The notes below the pieces were generated by a model that did no database searches, was not told the origin of the DNA, and saw only the letters and a list, made by a program, of their open reading frames with translations. 64,000 nucleotides of DNA from Octopus vulgaris. Taxonomy: Eukaryota. The DNA lies in assembly GCA_951406725.2 (NCBI GenBank), contig OX597831.1, forward strand, positions 66,402,001-66,466,000, in the 5' to 3' direction. This document shows, piece by piece, positions 51,300 to 63,539 of the stretch (the stretch's first letter is position 1; each line of letters begins with the position of its first letter). A program made the translations under genes and the position numbers.

Positions 51300-52747
51300 T
51301 CAAACAAGATGTTGGCTGCTATTAAACAGACCAATGCTAACAAATCCCTAATTTCCGCAAAAAACTTCTCTCTCATAACTAAGGATAAAACTGACATTCT
51401 TTTAGCTAGAAAAACCATCATAGAATTTGAGGGTAAGCTATGGATGAGGTCCGACACCTCTGATAATTTAAAGTATTGCTTTGGGCTCGAGTGACTTGGC
51501 TGAAATTACTGATCTAGTTGGTGGGTATCTCTTAATGTGCCTTAATAGTGAAATCCCTGAATTGCAGGCAGGTCTATATAGAGATGATGCTATATTCATT
51601 GTCCCTAGCAACAATAAATCAGTCATAGAAAGAATGAGGAAAAAGATTAGAAAATTCTTCAAAAGTTTCAACTTAGGACTCAAAAAGGTGGCTAATTTCT
51701 TGGACATTACTTTGGACATTAACTCAGGAGTGTACTACACCTATAGGAAACTGGGTGAAGTTGTGAGGTATGTGAATAAATCCTCAAATCACCTAATATA
51801 TTAAAATCAGTAGCCAAAAGTATTTCTAAAAGAATTACAAAATTATCAGCTAATAAAGATTATTTTTAATACTCACTCCCACCACTACAACCTTGCTCTG
51901 TCTAAGACAGGATATAACCAGGAGATTACTTTTCTTAATCCAGAAGGTATAACACCTACTAATAATATAAATAATGAGAATTTAAGTGTGAGTGAGAATA
52001 AAAGCCTACCTGGTCAGGAAAACAGACCTACTGTGAAAGCATCCAACAAACCTATTAATTCAAAAAATAAGATAAGTAACAATAGGAAATTAGATTCTAA
52101 AACCAGTAAGACTAATAGTTTATATAATAATTGTAATGAGACAATTGAGCGGATTATACCACCCTCTAATTATAAGATAAATACCAATAGTAAAGCCATA
52201 CCTAATAATCAAGTCGTGAGCTTAGAAGGCAGTAGAAGAGTAGATAGATTCCACCCTCATATACCTAAGAGGTCTGGAAAGAGTAATATAGTCTGGTATA
52301 ATGCTCCCTTCAACTGTGCTATATCCACCAGCATAAAGAAGAAATTTATGGCAATTTTAGATAAAAGCTTCCCTGCATCCTATAGATATAATAGAATATT
52401 TTCCGGTAATACAATTAGATTTTCCTATACTACCCTCCCCAATATAGGTACCATCATAGCCAGGTTTAATAGAAACAATATAAAATTAGCAAGAGAAATT
52501 AATAATAATATTAGTATTGTCTATACTGACTCAAACCCCTACAATGATGATAATAATAATGGAAACGTAGGAATTAGGAACAACAGAATTAACACATCTA
52601 ATATGTATAATACAAACTGTGACTCTGATGTTTATACTAGCACAGGGATTACTCATGCAATACCCGATGATGCTGAAAGGAATTTAAATAATACTATAAT
52701 TGAAGGGAGTATAAATAATAACGGTAATAAAAATGCTGATAATAATT
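51300..52747 (+). pseudogene. Penelope-like RT (5' part of a PLE split by the RTE)
   Basis: GSSDLAEITDLVG, GLYRDDA, NFLDITLD, YVNKSSNH, NIVWYNAPF; stops and frameshifts. Confidence 0.85.
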
Positions 52748-53857
52748 AAATTCCCTCACACCGCTTATTGTCACGTGTCCCTTGACCTCTCTCTAACTAA
52801 CCCTATCTCTCTCTCTCTATGTCCCCCCTTCCCATAACCATCATCGCCATGGTTCTCTATGCCCCCCCCCTTCCCAAAACCATCATCGCCATATATAAAA
52901 GAGCGATCGCATTTATCGTTAACCCCACTCGCTTCAAAATATCTAAAGAATACGCACAGATCATGAATGGCTAAAAGTTAAGTGAATCGTCCAACCTCGC
53001 TACGCCTACCTTCTTTCTTGCACTTATTCTTATTCTTTCTCTATTCTTCAATTTCCATCTCATTGTATTGTCCCTCATTCTTTCAGTATTCCCTCATTAC
53101 CCTGTCTAGCTCAAACATTTTTTTTCGTTTAGACTTGTCTACAGGTTCATAGCCACTCTGATTTTTCAATTTTTCGTTTAGTGTTGTCTCCCGATTCATA
53201 CAAACCCATTTGCTAGCTCATACGATTAACAGAACCTCTTTACTCAGCTACGGTGTTATATTAGCTATCAATAATGATATTCCCTCTGATTTTTCTGATT
53301 TTCAAACCTATTTATCTAATGTTTATTTATCGACAATGCCGTCCCCAGTCAAATTCCCTCACACCGCTTATTGTCACGTGTCCCTTGACCTCTCTCTAAC
53401 TAACCCTATCTCTCTCTCTCTATGTCCCCCCTTCCCATAACCATCATCGCCATGGTTCTCTATGCCCCCCCCTTCCCAAAACCATCATCGCCATATATAA
53501 AAGAGCGATCGCATTTATCGTTAACCCCACTCGCTTCAAAATATCTAAAGAATACGCACAGATCATGAATGGCTAAAAGTTAAGTGAATCGTCCAACCTC
53601 GCTACGCCTACCTTCTTTCTTGCACTTATTCTTATTCTTTCTCTATTCTTCAATTTCCATCTCATTGTATTGTCCCTCATTCTTTCAGTATTCCCTCATT
53701 ACCCTGTCTAGCTCAAACATTTTTTTTCGTTTAGACTTGTCTACAGGTTCATAGCCACTCTGATTTTTCAATTTTTCGTTTAGTGTTGTCTCCCGATTCA
53801 TACAAACCCATTTGCTAGCTCATACGATTAACAGAACCTCTTTACTCAGCTACGGTG
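52748..53857 (+). repeat. Near-identical direct repeat 52748-53255 / 53351-53857 (603-bp period)
   Basis: The only difference I noticed is a C-run length; each copy has tatataaaag. Confidence 0.95.
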
Positions 53858-53976
53858 CACCTGCCATTCCGGGGTTGCTTCCCATGAAGACTGCAAATGC
53901 TCTCACCATCCCTACCCCTAGTCTCGACCTATGTAAGGTAATGTTCATACAGTGCAAAATATGAAAGGCTAGCGTT

Positions 53977-56900
53977 ATGCAGGTTGTACTGAAGGCTACT
54001 TTACTACTTCATTTCTTGCACATGAATTCTGCCAAATGCGAGCTTTCTTTTCAGGTACACGAAGCTACTGTCCACTGTCCCAGGGTCTCTAGAGCCCATG
54101 CCTCCCACACCCTCAGGGTTGGCACCCTCAACGTTGGCACTCTGAAAGGTAGGTCTGGTGAGATAGTTGAGATGCTTGAACGGAGATGTGTGGATATATG
54201 TTGCATGCAAGAAATAAGGTGGAGAGGAGGATCAGCTAGGTTCCTCACAGGCAAGGAACGCAGGTACAAGATTTTCTGGGCAGGGAACACTGACGGGGTT
54301 GGTGGCGTGGGTATACTTATCGCTGAGAAATGGGTAGATAAAGTAATTGAGGTAATCAGAGTATGTGACAGAATACTTAAGATTAGATTAGTGCTTCATC
54401 ATAGTTTAGCAACCATTATATCAGCCTATGCTCCTCAGTCGGGGCTACCCGATGGACAGAAAGACCGATTCTATGACACTCTACTGCAGACTACCTCGTT
54501 GACGAACGACAGAGACCTTATCTTTGTGGCTGGTGACTTCAATGGTCACGTTGGACGACATGCTGGGGGCTTCCATGGCGTACATGGAGGCTATGGCTAT
54601 GGCTCCCGCAACGAGGAGGGAACCAGGCTGCTGGAGTTCTGCGATGCAAATAATCTTATGATTTGCAACACTAACTTCAGGAAACCTACCAGCCACCTAG
54701 TCACTTACCAATCGGGCCAACATACCAGCCAAATTGACTACATCCTTACAAGGCAAAGGGAGAGATGGCTGCTTATAAATGCCAAAACCTTCCCAGGTGA
54801 AGAATTTACCCCACAACATAGACTGGTAGTTAGTGACTTTAGGATCAGGACTAGGAGGACAACCAGAAGACGACAAATATGGAGAAGAAGGATCTGGAAG
54901 CTTAAAGATCCTGCAAATGGACAGAGATTTAGGGACATATTACTTGAAGCCTCTGACGAAGTAGAAGGGGATAGAGCATCACAGGGGGTAGAAGACAGCT
55001 GGACGTTTCTAAGGGACAACCTGCTGAGAGCCACTGACCAGATCTGTGGCTGGTGCAAAGTCCCCTCTCGACCTAGAATAACGTGGTGGTGGAACAATAT
55101 TGTAGACAGGGCTATTAGAGAAAAGAGACAGGCTTGGAAGGTCTGGAAAAATGGGGGTAGCAGGGGATTGTATCAGACTGCCAAAAGAGAAGCTAGGAGG
55201 CAGGTTTATTTAGCCAGAGGGGAAGCAGATAAGAAAAAATTTGCCAATGTTCTGCGCCGTGAGGACCAAAGACTGGAGGTGTTTCGTGTTGCAAGACAGT
55301 GTGTGAGAGAGAATCGTGATGTGGTAGGAGAGAAGTGTGTTCGCATGGAAGATGGTTCACTTGCGCTAAATGAGGATGCAAAGAGAGAGGTTTGGAGATG
55401 CCACTATGAAAGGTTGCTGAATGAAGAAAATGAATGGGATAAAGAGAGTCTGCCGAATGTTGACCCAACAGAGGGACCAGCTATCCGAGTTGATAGTTCC
55501 GTGGTAGCTAAGGCAATTAGAAGCATGAAGACAGGGAAAGCCCCAGGCCCATCAGGAATCACTGCAGAGATGCTCAAAATGTCTGGTAGTGTTGGCTATA
55601 GCCTAGTCACCCGTATAGTTAATCAGGTGATACACAAAGGGGTCATACCCAATGACTGGTGTAGCAGTATAATAGTCAACTGCTACAAAGGTAAAGGTGA
55701 TGCCCTAGATACAAATAACTACAGAGGTATCAAGCTGTTGGACCAGGTGATGAAGGTTACGGAGAGGGTCATAGCCCAACTAATTAGAGAGAGAGTTAGT
55801 TTAGATGAGATGCAGTTTGGGTTTGTGCCAGGGAAAAGTACTACTGATGCTATATTCCTGGTAAGGCAGCTGCAGGAGAAATACCTAGCCAAAGATAAGC
55901 CCCTGTACCTGGCTTTTGTTGACATGGAGAAAGCCTTCGACAGGGTCCCCCAATCCCTTATCTGGTGGGCAATGAGGAAACTAGGGATAGATGAATGGTT
56001 AGTGAGAGCTGTGCGGGCCATGTATAGGGACGCCGCTAGTAGGGTGAGGGTTGGAAATGTGTACAGTGAAGAATTCCGGGTAGAGGTAGGAGTCCACCAA
56101 GGCTCAGTACTCAGCCCCCTCCTATTTATCATAGTCCTCCAGGCAATAACGGAGGAATTCAAGACAGGATGCCCTTGGGAGCTCCTCTATGCTGATGACC
56201 TTGCTCTAATTGCTGAGTCGCTATCAGAACTGGAGGAGAAGTTTCAGGTGTGGAAACAAGGATTAGAATCGAAGGGCCTCAGAGTCAATCTAGCTAAAAC
56301 CAAAGTCGTAATCAGTAGGAAGGTAGACAAATCACAAACACCTTCAGGTAGATGGCCCTGCTCGATCTGTAGAAAAGGTGTAGGTAGAAACTCTATAAGA
56401 TGCACCAAGTGTAAGCTATGGACACATAAGAGATGCAGCAATGTCAAAGGAAGGCTAACTAGGAAGATGGTTTTTGTATGTGGCAGATGCTCAGGAACAA
56501 TAAACACTGAAAATGCTCTGAGACCAACTTCCGTCACTTTCCAGGGAGAAAAACTAGAAATAGTTGATAGTTTCCGTTACCTAGGTGACCAAGTCAGCAG
56601 CGGGGGCGGGTGTGCTGAAAGTGTAACTGCTAGAGTAAGAATAGCTTGGGCAAAGTTCAGAGAGCTCTTACCTCTGCTGGTGACAAAAGGCCTCTCGCAC
56701 AGAATGAAAGGCAGACTGTATGATGCGTGTGTACGAACAGCCATGCTACATGGCAGTGAAACATGGGCCGTGACTGCTGAGGATATGCGTAAGCTCGCTA
56801 GAAATGAAGCCAGTATGCTCCGATGGATGTGTAATGCCGGTACTCACACTCGGCAGAGTATAAGTACCTTGAAAGAAAAGCTGGACCTAAGAAGAATCAG

Positions 56901-57144
56901 TTGTGGTGTGCAAGAGAGACGTTTGCGCTGGTATGGTCATGTGGCGAGAATGGATGAAGATAGTTGTGTGAAAAAGTGCCACACCCTAGCGGTTGAGGGA
57001 ACCTGTGGAAGAGGCAGACCCAGGAAAACCTGGGACGAGGTGGTGAAGCACGACCTTCGAACTTTAGGTCTCACTGAGGAAATGACTAGAGACCGAGACC
57101 TCTGGAAGTGTGCTGTGCGCGAGAAGACCCGGCAGGACAAGTGA
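53977..57144 (+). CDS. RTE-clade polyprotein: APE endonuclease + reverse transcriptase with internal PHD-type finger
   Basis: 1055 aa uninterrupted; TLNVGTL, MQE, SAYAP, GDFNGH, QIDYI; QFGF, DMEKAFD, GVHQGSVLSPLLF, YADD; RLRWYGHV..GRPRKTW. Confidence 0.96.
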   Translation: MQVVLKATLLLHFLHMNSAKCELSFQVHEATVHCPRVSRAHASHTLRVGTLNVGTLKGRSGEIVEMLERRCVDICCMQEIRWRGGSARFLTGKERRYKIFWAGNTDGVGGVGILIAEKWVDKVIEVIRVCDRILKIRLVLHHSLATIISAYAPQSGLPDGQKDRFYDTLLQTTSLTNDRDLIFVAGDFNGHVGRHAGGFHGVHGGYGYGSRNEEGTRLLEFCDANNLMICNTNFRKPTSHLVTYQSGQHTSQIDYILTRQRERWLLINAKTFPGEEFTPQHRLVVSDFRIRTRRTTRRRQIWRRRIWKLKDPANGQRFRDILLEASDEVEGDRASQGVEDSWTFLRDNLLRATDQICGWCKVPSRPRITWWWNNIVDRAIREKRQAWKVWKNGGSRGLYQTAKREARRQVYLARGEADKKKFANVLRREDQRLEVFRVARQCVRENRDVVGEKCVRMEDGSLALNEDAKREVWRCHYERLLNEENEWDKESLPNVDPTEGPAIRVDSSVVAKAIRSMKTGKAPGPSGITAEMLKMSGSVGYSLVTRIVNQVIHKGVIPNDWCSSIIVNCYKGKGDALDTNNYRGIKLLDQVMKVTERVIAQLIRERVSLDEMQFGFVPGKSTTDAIFLVRQLQEKYLAKDKPLYLAFVDMEKAFDRVPQSLIWWAMRKLGIDEWLVRAVRAMYRDAASRVRVGNVYSEEFRVEVGVHQGSVLSPLLFIIVLQAITEEFKTGCPWELLYADDLALIAESLSELEEKFQVWKQGLESKGLRVNLAKTKVVISRKVDKSQTPSGRWPCSICRKGVGRNSIRCTKCKLWTHKRCSNVKGRLTRKMVFVCGRCSGTINTENALRPTSVTFQGEKLEIVDSFRYLGDQVSSGGGCAESVTARVRIAWAKFRELLPLLVTKGLSHRMKGRLYDACVRTAMLHGSETWAVTAEDMRKLARNEASMLRWMCNAGTHTRQSISTLKEKLDLRRISCGVQERRLRWYGHVARMDEDSCVKKCHTLAVEGTCGRGRPRKTWDEVVKHDLRTLGLTEEMTRDRDLWKCAVREKTRQDK

Positions 57145-57759
57145 GTCCATAACCCGTGGCCTTCTACATGGGATGGAGCCGGCCTACGTATGCATACCTT
57201 CCCTTCTTGGGACACAAAACTCTACTTGTGAAGACGTGTTGAGGCAAGTGAGGATCAGAATCGAAATCGATCAATGGAAATTGCGGATGTGCTACCAGTG
57301 CCGGTGGCATGTCAAAACTCTGCTTGTGAAGACCCGTTGAGGCAAGTGAGGATCAGAATCGAAATCGATCAATGGAAATCGATCAATGGAAATTGCAGAG
57401 GTGTTACCAGTGCCGGTGGCATGTAAGAGAACTTTCCGTTTCGCGACCGTTGCCAGCACCGCCCCGTTTCGTGTCCGTTGCCAGCCTCGCCTGGCCCTCG
57501 TGCCGGTGGCACATAAAAAGCACCATCCGTTCGTGGCCGTTTGCCAGCTTTGTCTGGCACCAGTGCGGGTGGCACGTAAAAAGCACCCACTACACTCACG
57601 GAGTGGTTGGCGTTAGGAAGGGCATCCAGCCGTAGAAACACTGCCAGATTTGACTGGGCCTGATGAAGCCTTCTGGCTTCACAGACCCCAGTAGAACCGT
57701 CCAACCCATGCTAGCATGGAAAACGGACGCTAAACGATGATGATGATGATGATGATGAA

Positions 57760-57788
57760 GTAGTAGTAGTAATAATAATAATAACAAA

Positions 57789-57821
<33 letters not shown>

Positions 57822-58260
57822 GATAATAATAATAACAATGATAGGAATATCAATAATATTAATAGTAGTAATGCTCCCGGTTGCAACTGTAGAGTTAAAT
57901 CCCACTGTCTGTTATTAGGTCGATGTTTAATGCAAAATGTATTTTATAGATGTACAATTGTGACTGAAGCCAGCAACTTTCTATATATTGGATGTAAGAT
58001 AAATGTGAAAAAACATATAAATAACTATTTTTCATCATTCAGAATTTGACATAACGCTAATAGTACGCCTTTATCTGGGAACTTAAAGAAAGCGGGACTG
58101 GATTTAGCCTTAAATGGGACATAATATGAAGGGCACAGCCTTACAAAGATAGTTTACATGGGTATGAGCTTTGCTCTATGGAAATTTATGAAATTTTTAA
58201 GTACAGGGACAAGGACCACCTGATTAATAATAGATTAGACCTAAGGGTATCATGCATGCA
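57760..58260 (+). pseudogene. Continuation of the split PLE: Asn-rich linker and GIY-YIG endonuclease
   Basis: CNCRVKSHCLLLGRCLMQNVFYRC..LYIGC from 57882; KWDII..AQPY..LC..E after a frameshift. Confidence 0.82.
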
Positions 58261-58366
58261 TAGCATCACCTGCACATTTAAGTATTTTCGAAACTAACAA
58301 TATTACAGTTATCATATTTAAACTTTGATGGTGGAAATTAATTTTGGTGTCGTATCCGATATAACT

Positions 58367-59180
58367 AAATAGAAATAACGGTCTTTTGGCTGCTATTTCT
58401 AAATTTTCAGTATGTGGTTAAGCAACTTGTTGCTAAACCCTTAATTATTGTTATAATTATATAAAAAACTTCTTGTATAAGTTTTTACCGAATATGGTTC
58501 TTCTCCATACTGAAACTACTTGGTGAAATTTATTAATTATAAATTGAAAATTTTTTACCCTATATCTATAATGATTATTTTACTCCCAGATAATAAAAAA
58601 CTGCAGACCTATTTTCTGCAGTACTGTCTCATGACGCACATGGTAAAAATTGGGGGGAAATATGAATTTCACTCGTCTATATAAATTCGGATATGCTAAC
58701 TGCCTTGTGTGATGTTCTGATGGCGCTTGGTCGGAAATGCAATGGGTAAGTTTTCTAGCATTTTCAAATTTTTAATTCTCAGAATATTATGTTGACAAAG
58801 GAAATGAATTTTTGTAATTCTAATCAAGAAACGCGTCCATAATTAACCAAAGACTGTTTGATTTCATTATTTTCCTTCTTTTTGCCTGTTACAGATAGTG
58901 TTATCTGTGGAGTTACAGATAGTGTTATCTGTGAGTTACAGATAGTGTTATCTGTGGAGTCATATTTTGTAGCGAATAGAAATAACGGTCTTTTGGCTGC
59001 TATTTCTAAATTTTTCGGTATGTTGTTAAGCAACTTGTTGCTAAACCCTTAATTATTGTTAGAATTATATATAAAACTTCTTGTATAAGTTTTTACTGAA
59101 TATGGTTCTTTTCCATACTGAAACTACTTGGTGAAATTTATTAATTATAAATTAATAATTTTTTACCCTATATCTATGAT
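58367..59180 (+). repeat. PLE-type terminal direct repeats (about 58367-58575 and 58975-59180) with an internal 3x palindromic minisatellite
   Basis: aatagaaataacggtc..accctatatctat duplicated; gttacagatagtgttatctgtg x3 at 58888-58960. Confidence 0.8.
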
Positions 59181-60054
59181 GATATATATATATATATATA
59201 AACCTCATTGTATATGTATCTGTATGCATTATTTTTACACTTTACACCTACTTATATCAGTACTTATTTTTGAGTATATTTATATTTTATGCCTTATAAT
59301 TAATTATGTCTGTGTATTATCATTATCTTATTATCCCGCTTCTGATTCCTTGGCTTGAGCAGTCTTTATAGAAATCACCTAATAATTAATTTATTAAGTA
59401 AAGAAGAGGCATTAAACTGATTCTACATAATAGTAATCTTCCTTCTGGATGTTCATAATTGATACATACATACATTTTAGCTATTTTGGTTATATCACGT
59501 TCTGGAGTTCTTGAATTTTATGCAACATAACAATATTGCTTTTAAATGTTCCCCCATTTGTGCCCCTAATAATATTTTCCCTGTATCTGCATCTTAAGTT
59601 TTTCTTAGTGTCTTGCCCCTTAACTGGTAATTAACATCATGATTTAAAGTCTATCCCTACCCTACCTCTTTTTTAAAGACAGTTACTTCTATCTAATTGA
59701 CTCTTCCTAAAGTTTTGTTTCTTTTTCTCTTGGTGGAAGAGGGATACCTATGATATTTATGAACAACAGCCAGCCATGGGCTGTCAAATCACTCTTGTTC
59801 TTTATTCTAACTATACACAGTCTTCTAATCTCAGATTTCAGTAGATGATAAAGAGATAAATAAATTGGAACAGAATTACAACCCTATGATCCCACTATGC
59901 TCCATGTTATTTTAAGGAATTGCAGTCTGTTTTTTATTAGCCATTTTGCTACAATAGCCACAACATGAATTTCTTCCATCTTCTTACTCTGTTAAAATAT
60001 TTAAGAAAAATTATATTAATGTATCCTACCTGTTGAAACCCCATATATTTTTCA

Positions 60055-60140
60055 TGCAGCTGAAGATAGCACAGCATTTAAATTGATGTAATGATTGCAT
60101 TGTTCAATTAAATGGAGCCACTTGAAACAGTCATACTGCA
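60055..60140 (+). ncRNA. Degenerate hammerhead motif
   Basis: tgcag-CTGAAGA-..-GAAAC-agtc-ATA-ctgca. Confidence 0.55.
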
Positions 60141-60179
60141 TCACTACTTGATACCCTGCTGCTTATTTTGATACATACA

Positions 60180-60560
60180 TCATCATTATCATTTAACATC
60201 CGTTTTCCATGGTGGCATTGGTTGGACAGTTGACTGAGGCCTGGAGAGCCAGTGGCTACACCACGCTCCAATCTGATCTGGCAATGTTTCTACAGCTGGA
60301 GGCCCTTCCTAATGCCAACTACTCCGAGAGTGTAGTGGGTGCTTTTTAGATGCCACCAGCACAAGAACCAATCAGGCAAGCCTGGCAACGATCATGTTTG
60401 GATGGTGCTTTTTATGTGCCACCGGCACAGGAGCCAGTCTGGGGGTACTGGCATCGGACATATTCGGTTGGTGCTTTTTATGTGCCACCAACATGGGAGC
60501 CAGTCAAGTGGACCTGGCATCGACCACGTTCGGATGGTGCTTTTTATGTACTACCGGCAT
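60180..60560 (-). mobile_element. RTE 3' UTR fragment
   Basis: Four reverse-complement modules + terminal module. Confidence 0.85.
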
Positions 60561-61549
60561 GGTTATAATACGACATTGGTTATAATAGACTCAACAGGTC
60601 TTCTCAAGCATATCATATTGCCCAACACATCAGGTGTATTCTTAACAGGGCTGGACATACATGGCTGTAATCTCATTTTAGTTGCCAGGTCTTATGTCCC
60701 TCTTCACCAGCATCTAAAAGTGAATGGATACAATGTCTTAGATACATACATGTAATTATAAACCTACATGTACATATGTACAAGCACACACAATCATATA
60801 AACATGTATACACACACATATATACATAAAATCTTAAAGTATACACATACATATGCTTATCCATCTACACATATATTTGCCACTATTTTCATAGACAATG
60901 GTTAAATTCAAATACCTTTTTTTGTATTTTACATAGATATATACATATATACATACATACATAATATATATACACACATGCCCATACATGCATGCATATA
61001 GTTAGGAAATTATAAAAACGATAAAAACGTTTTATCGTATCAGGTAAACACAGTTTTGCATGCTGCACTGTAAGGTTGGGATGAAGTCCATTGTTAAAAT
61101 GGGGAAGTTAGGTGTTAATAGCCAAACAGTGAAATTCTAACAAATTGGCTAAACCTTAGCAAACCTTTATAATCAGAGATAGTTGTACACCCAGTTTTTT
61201 GTGACATTGAAAGTTTTTTGTGTGAAACAAAGTTGTTCAATTGGATTCTGGAAGCTATGATTGCCTGCACTTTGTGCAGAATATCCCATACTCTGGGATA
61301 TCCCAGAGACAGCTGTAAGACTGAATTTTTTTTGCCTTAACGTTTGTTATCCTCTTTAACCATTATAGATCCACTATATCGGAAATCTGCAATGGCTTCA
61401 TAACTACCATCTCGGCCATTACCTTGGAGTCCTAGTAATCTGTTACAGCACTTACCTAGTGTGCCTAGTCATCTAGATAACCTGTGAACTAAACCCCCAT
61501 ATTTTGTATGTATACATATGTATATATATATGCATGCGGTTATATTATA

Positions 61550-62930
61550 TTCCCAACAAGCTAAGTAACGTTGTTTGTTTATCAACAATGTTTGGATTTT
61601 GTATTGTATTGGGATTGATTGTTGTTGTTGTTATTGTTATTGAATTAATTAATAGTGGACTGTCAGTTGTAGTCGAGTGTCTTCATAGTAGATTGTTCAT
61701 TTGTTGTACTTTTTTTTCTTACCTTTCTTTAGTTCATGAGGCTTAGATGTTTTTCGTATTTTTCATTGATAAATAGTTTTCGCCATTTTCATTGATAATT
61801 TATTCTATTTGTTTACACAAAGTCTTCACGCGTTTAATTTTTCTAAACACTAAGACCTATATATTTTTTTACGTTTAAAATTCAGTTATATTTTTTCCAT
61901 CGACAAGCTAAGTAACGTTTTTTGCTTATCTATATTATTTGGATTTTGAATTGTTTTGGGTTTGATGATTATTATTATTATTGTTGTTATTATTGTTGTT
62001 GTTGTTGTTGTCGAAATATTATTATTTTTATTTATGGTTTCTTGATAGTTATTAGTTACGATCGTTATTTGTTATGATATCTATTTATTTAATATGATTT
62101 AGTATTATTTTTATAAAGGGATTTAACGTATTACATATAATTTAATTTGAGAATTAGTTTTGTTAGAATATACATTATTTAATAATTAGGTGGTATTTTT
62201 ATCACGTAGTATTACATTTAAGTATATTAGTTTTTATATTAATTAATATTTTGGTCAACTATATTACTGAGTGAAATATTAAATCTATAGATACTACATA
62301 CATATTAATAATATAGTTAGTTTATATAATGGGTTTGTGCATATTTGAACCATTTCCTGTTTTTGATTCCAGTATTTGTGACTTGTACTAGCATTGGGTA
62401 TATTAATTAAGATGCTAAGATCTATTTTCATGCATTTAAAATTCAGTTACATTATTTTAATCAACAAGCTTAGTAACATTGTTTATTTATCAATATTGTT
62501 TGAATTTTGTATTATATTGGGTTTGATTGTTGTTATTATTATTATTGTTATTAACTGGATTGGTAGTGGACTGTCAGTTGTAGTTGAATGTCTTATTTGT
62601 TCTACCATTTTTGTACCTTTCTTTAATTCATGAGGCTTAGATGTTTTTCGTACTTTTCATTAGTAAATAGTTTTCGCCATTTCCATTGATAATTTATTCT
62701 ATTTGTTTACACTAAGTCTTCACGTGCTTAATTTTCATAAACAACACTAAGACCTATTTTTAGTGATATTTTGGTCAACTATATTATTGAGTGATATATG
62801 AAATCTATAGATACTACATATATATTAATTATATAGTTAGTTTATACAATAGGTGTGTCAATATTTGAACCATTTCTTGTTTTTGATTCCAGTATTTATG
62901 GCTTGTACTAGCATTGTATATATTAATTAA
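61550..62930. repeat. Diverged AT-rich tandem duplication
   Basis: acaagct.agtaac at about 61556, 61903 and 62464; blocks 61730-61860 and 62630-62760 match, as do 62250-62410 and 62765-62930. Confidence 0.8.
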
Positions 62931-63244
62931 TATTAAGGTTTTTAGCATTAATTGCTTAATGGGTATTAGACTTTATCTGGATGTTTATTAAATAAATATA
63001 TTAATTAATAATTTGATTTAATGTACATAGTTTAAAGTGTTGTATTTAGTTTTCACGGGGTGGCGTCATTCGAAACCTAAAACAATGCAAACGCATTGTG
63101 ACCAGTGATGTGTAACAACATCTGATGGTCTGGTCGGTCACGTGATATATATATATATATATATATTTTAAAGAATATATTTATTTTTTAAAAGATTATT
63201 TACGTATATTTATTAATTAATTATTTTATTATTGTAGTTATCTT

Positions 63245-63348
63245 TAACCTGATGAGTGGCTATATTTATAATGAAGTGATTTTATTACTACTACTAATAT
63301 TTTTACTATAATCATTTCTTAAATATAGCCACGAAACACGTGTCGTTA
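63245..63348 (+). ncRNA. Minimal type-I hammerhead ribozyme motif (family of 24608-24696)
   Basis: taac-CTGATGA-gtggctatattta..taaatatagccac-GAAAC-acgt-GTC-gtta. Confidence 0.88.
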
Positions 63349-63539
63349 TTCTACCAAATATTTACGTTTTATTTATTATTTTGCACATTATTTAATCATC
63401 ATTATATTTTTTATCATATATTTAATCTTTCTATTATATGTAATTTTCTAGATGGTGTAATTTAATTTTGAATTGATAAAAGGTGTTTTTCTAATTTATA
63501 TATATATATACATCATACTTGAGGGGATCCAGCAAGCTA

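Larger units (their letters stand above)
52748..57758 (+). mobile_element. Apparently full-length RTE LINE (duplicated 5' region, intact ORF, modular 3' UTR, (GAT)n tail)
   Basis: Bounded on both sides by the interrupted PLE; single APE-RT ORF. Confidence 0.9.

Noticed and set aside
53856-53976. HDV-like or twister ribozyme expected at an RTE 5' end
   Set aside because: I could not fit either topology by eye; a covariance-model search is needed
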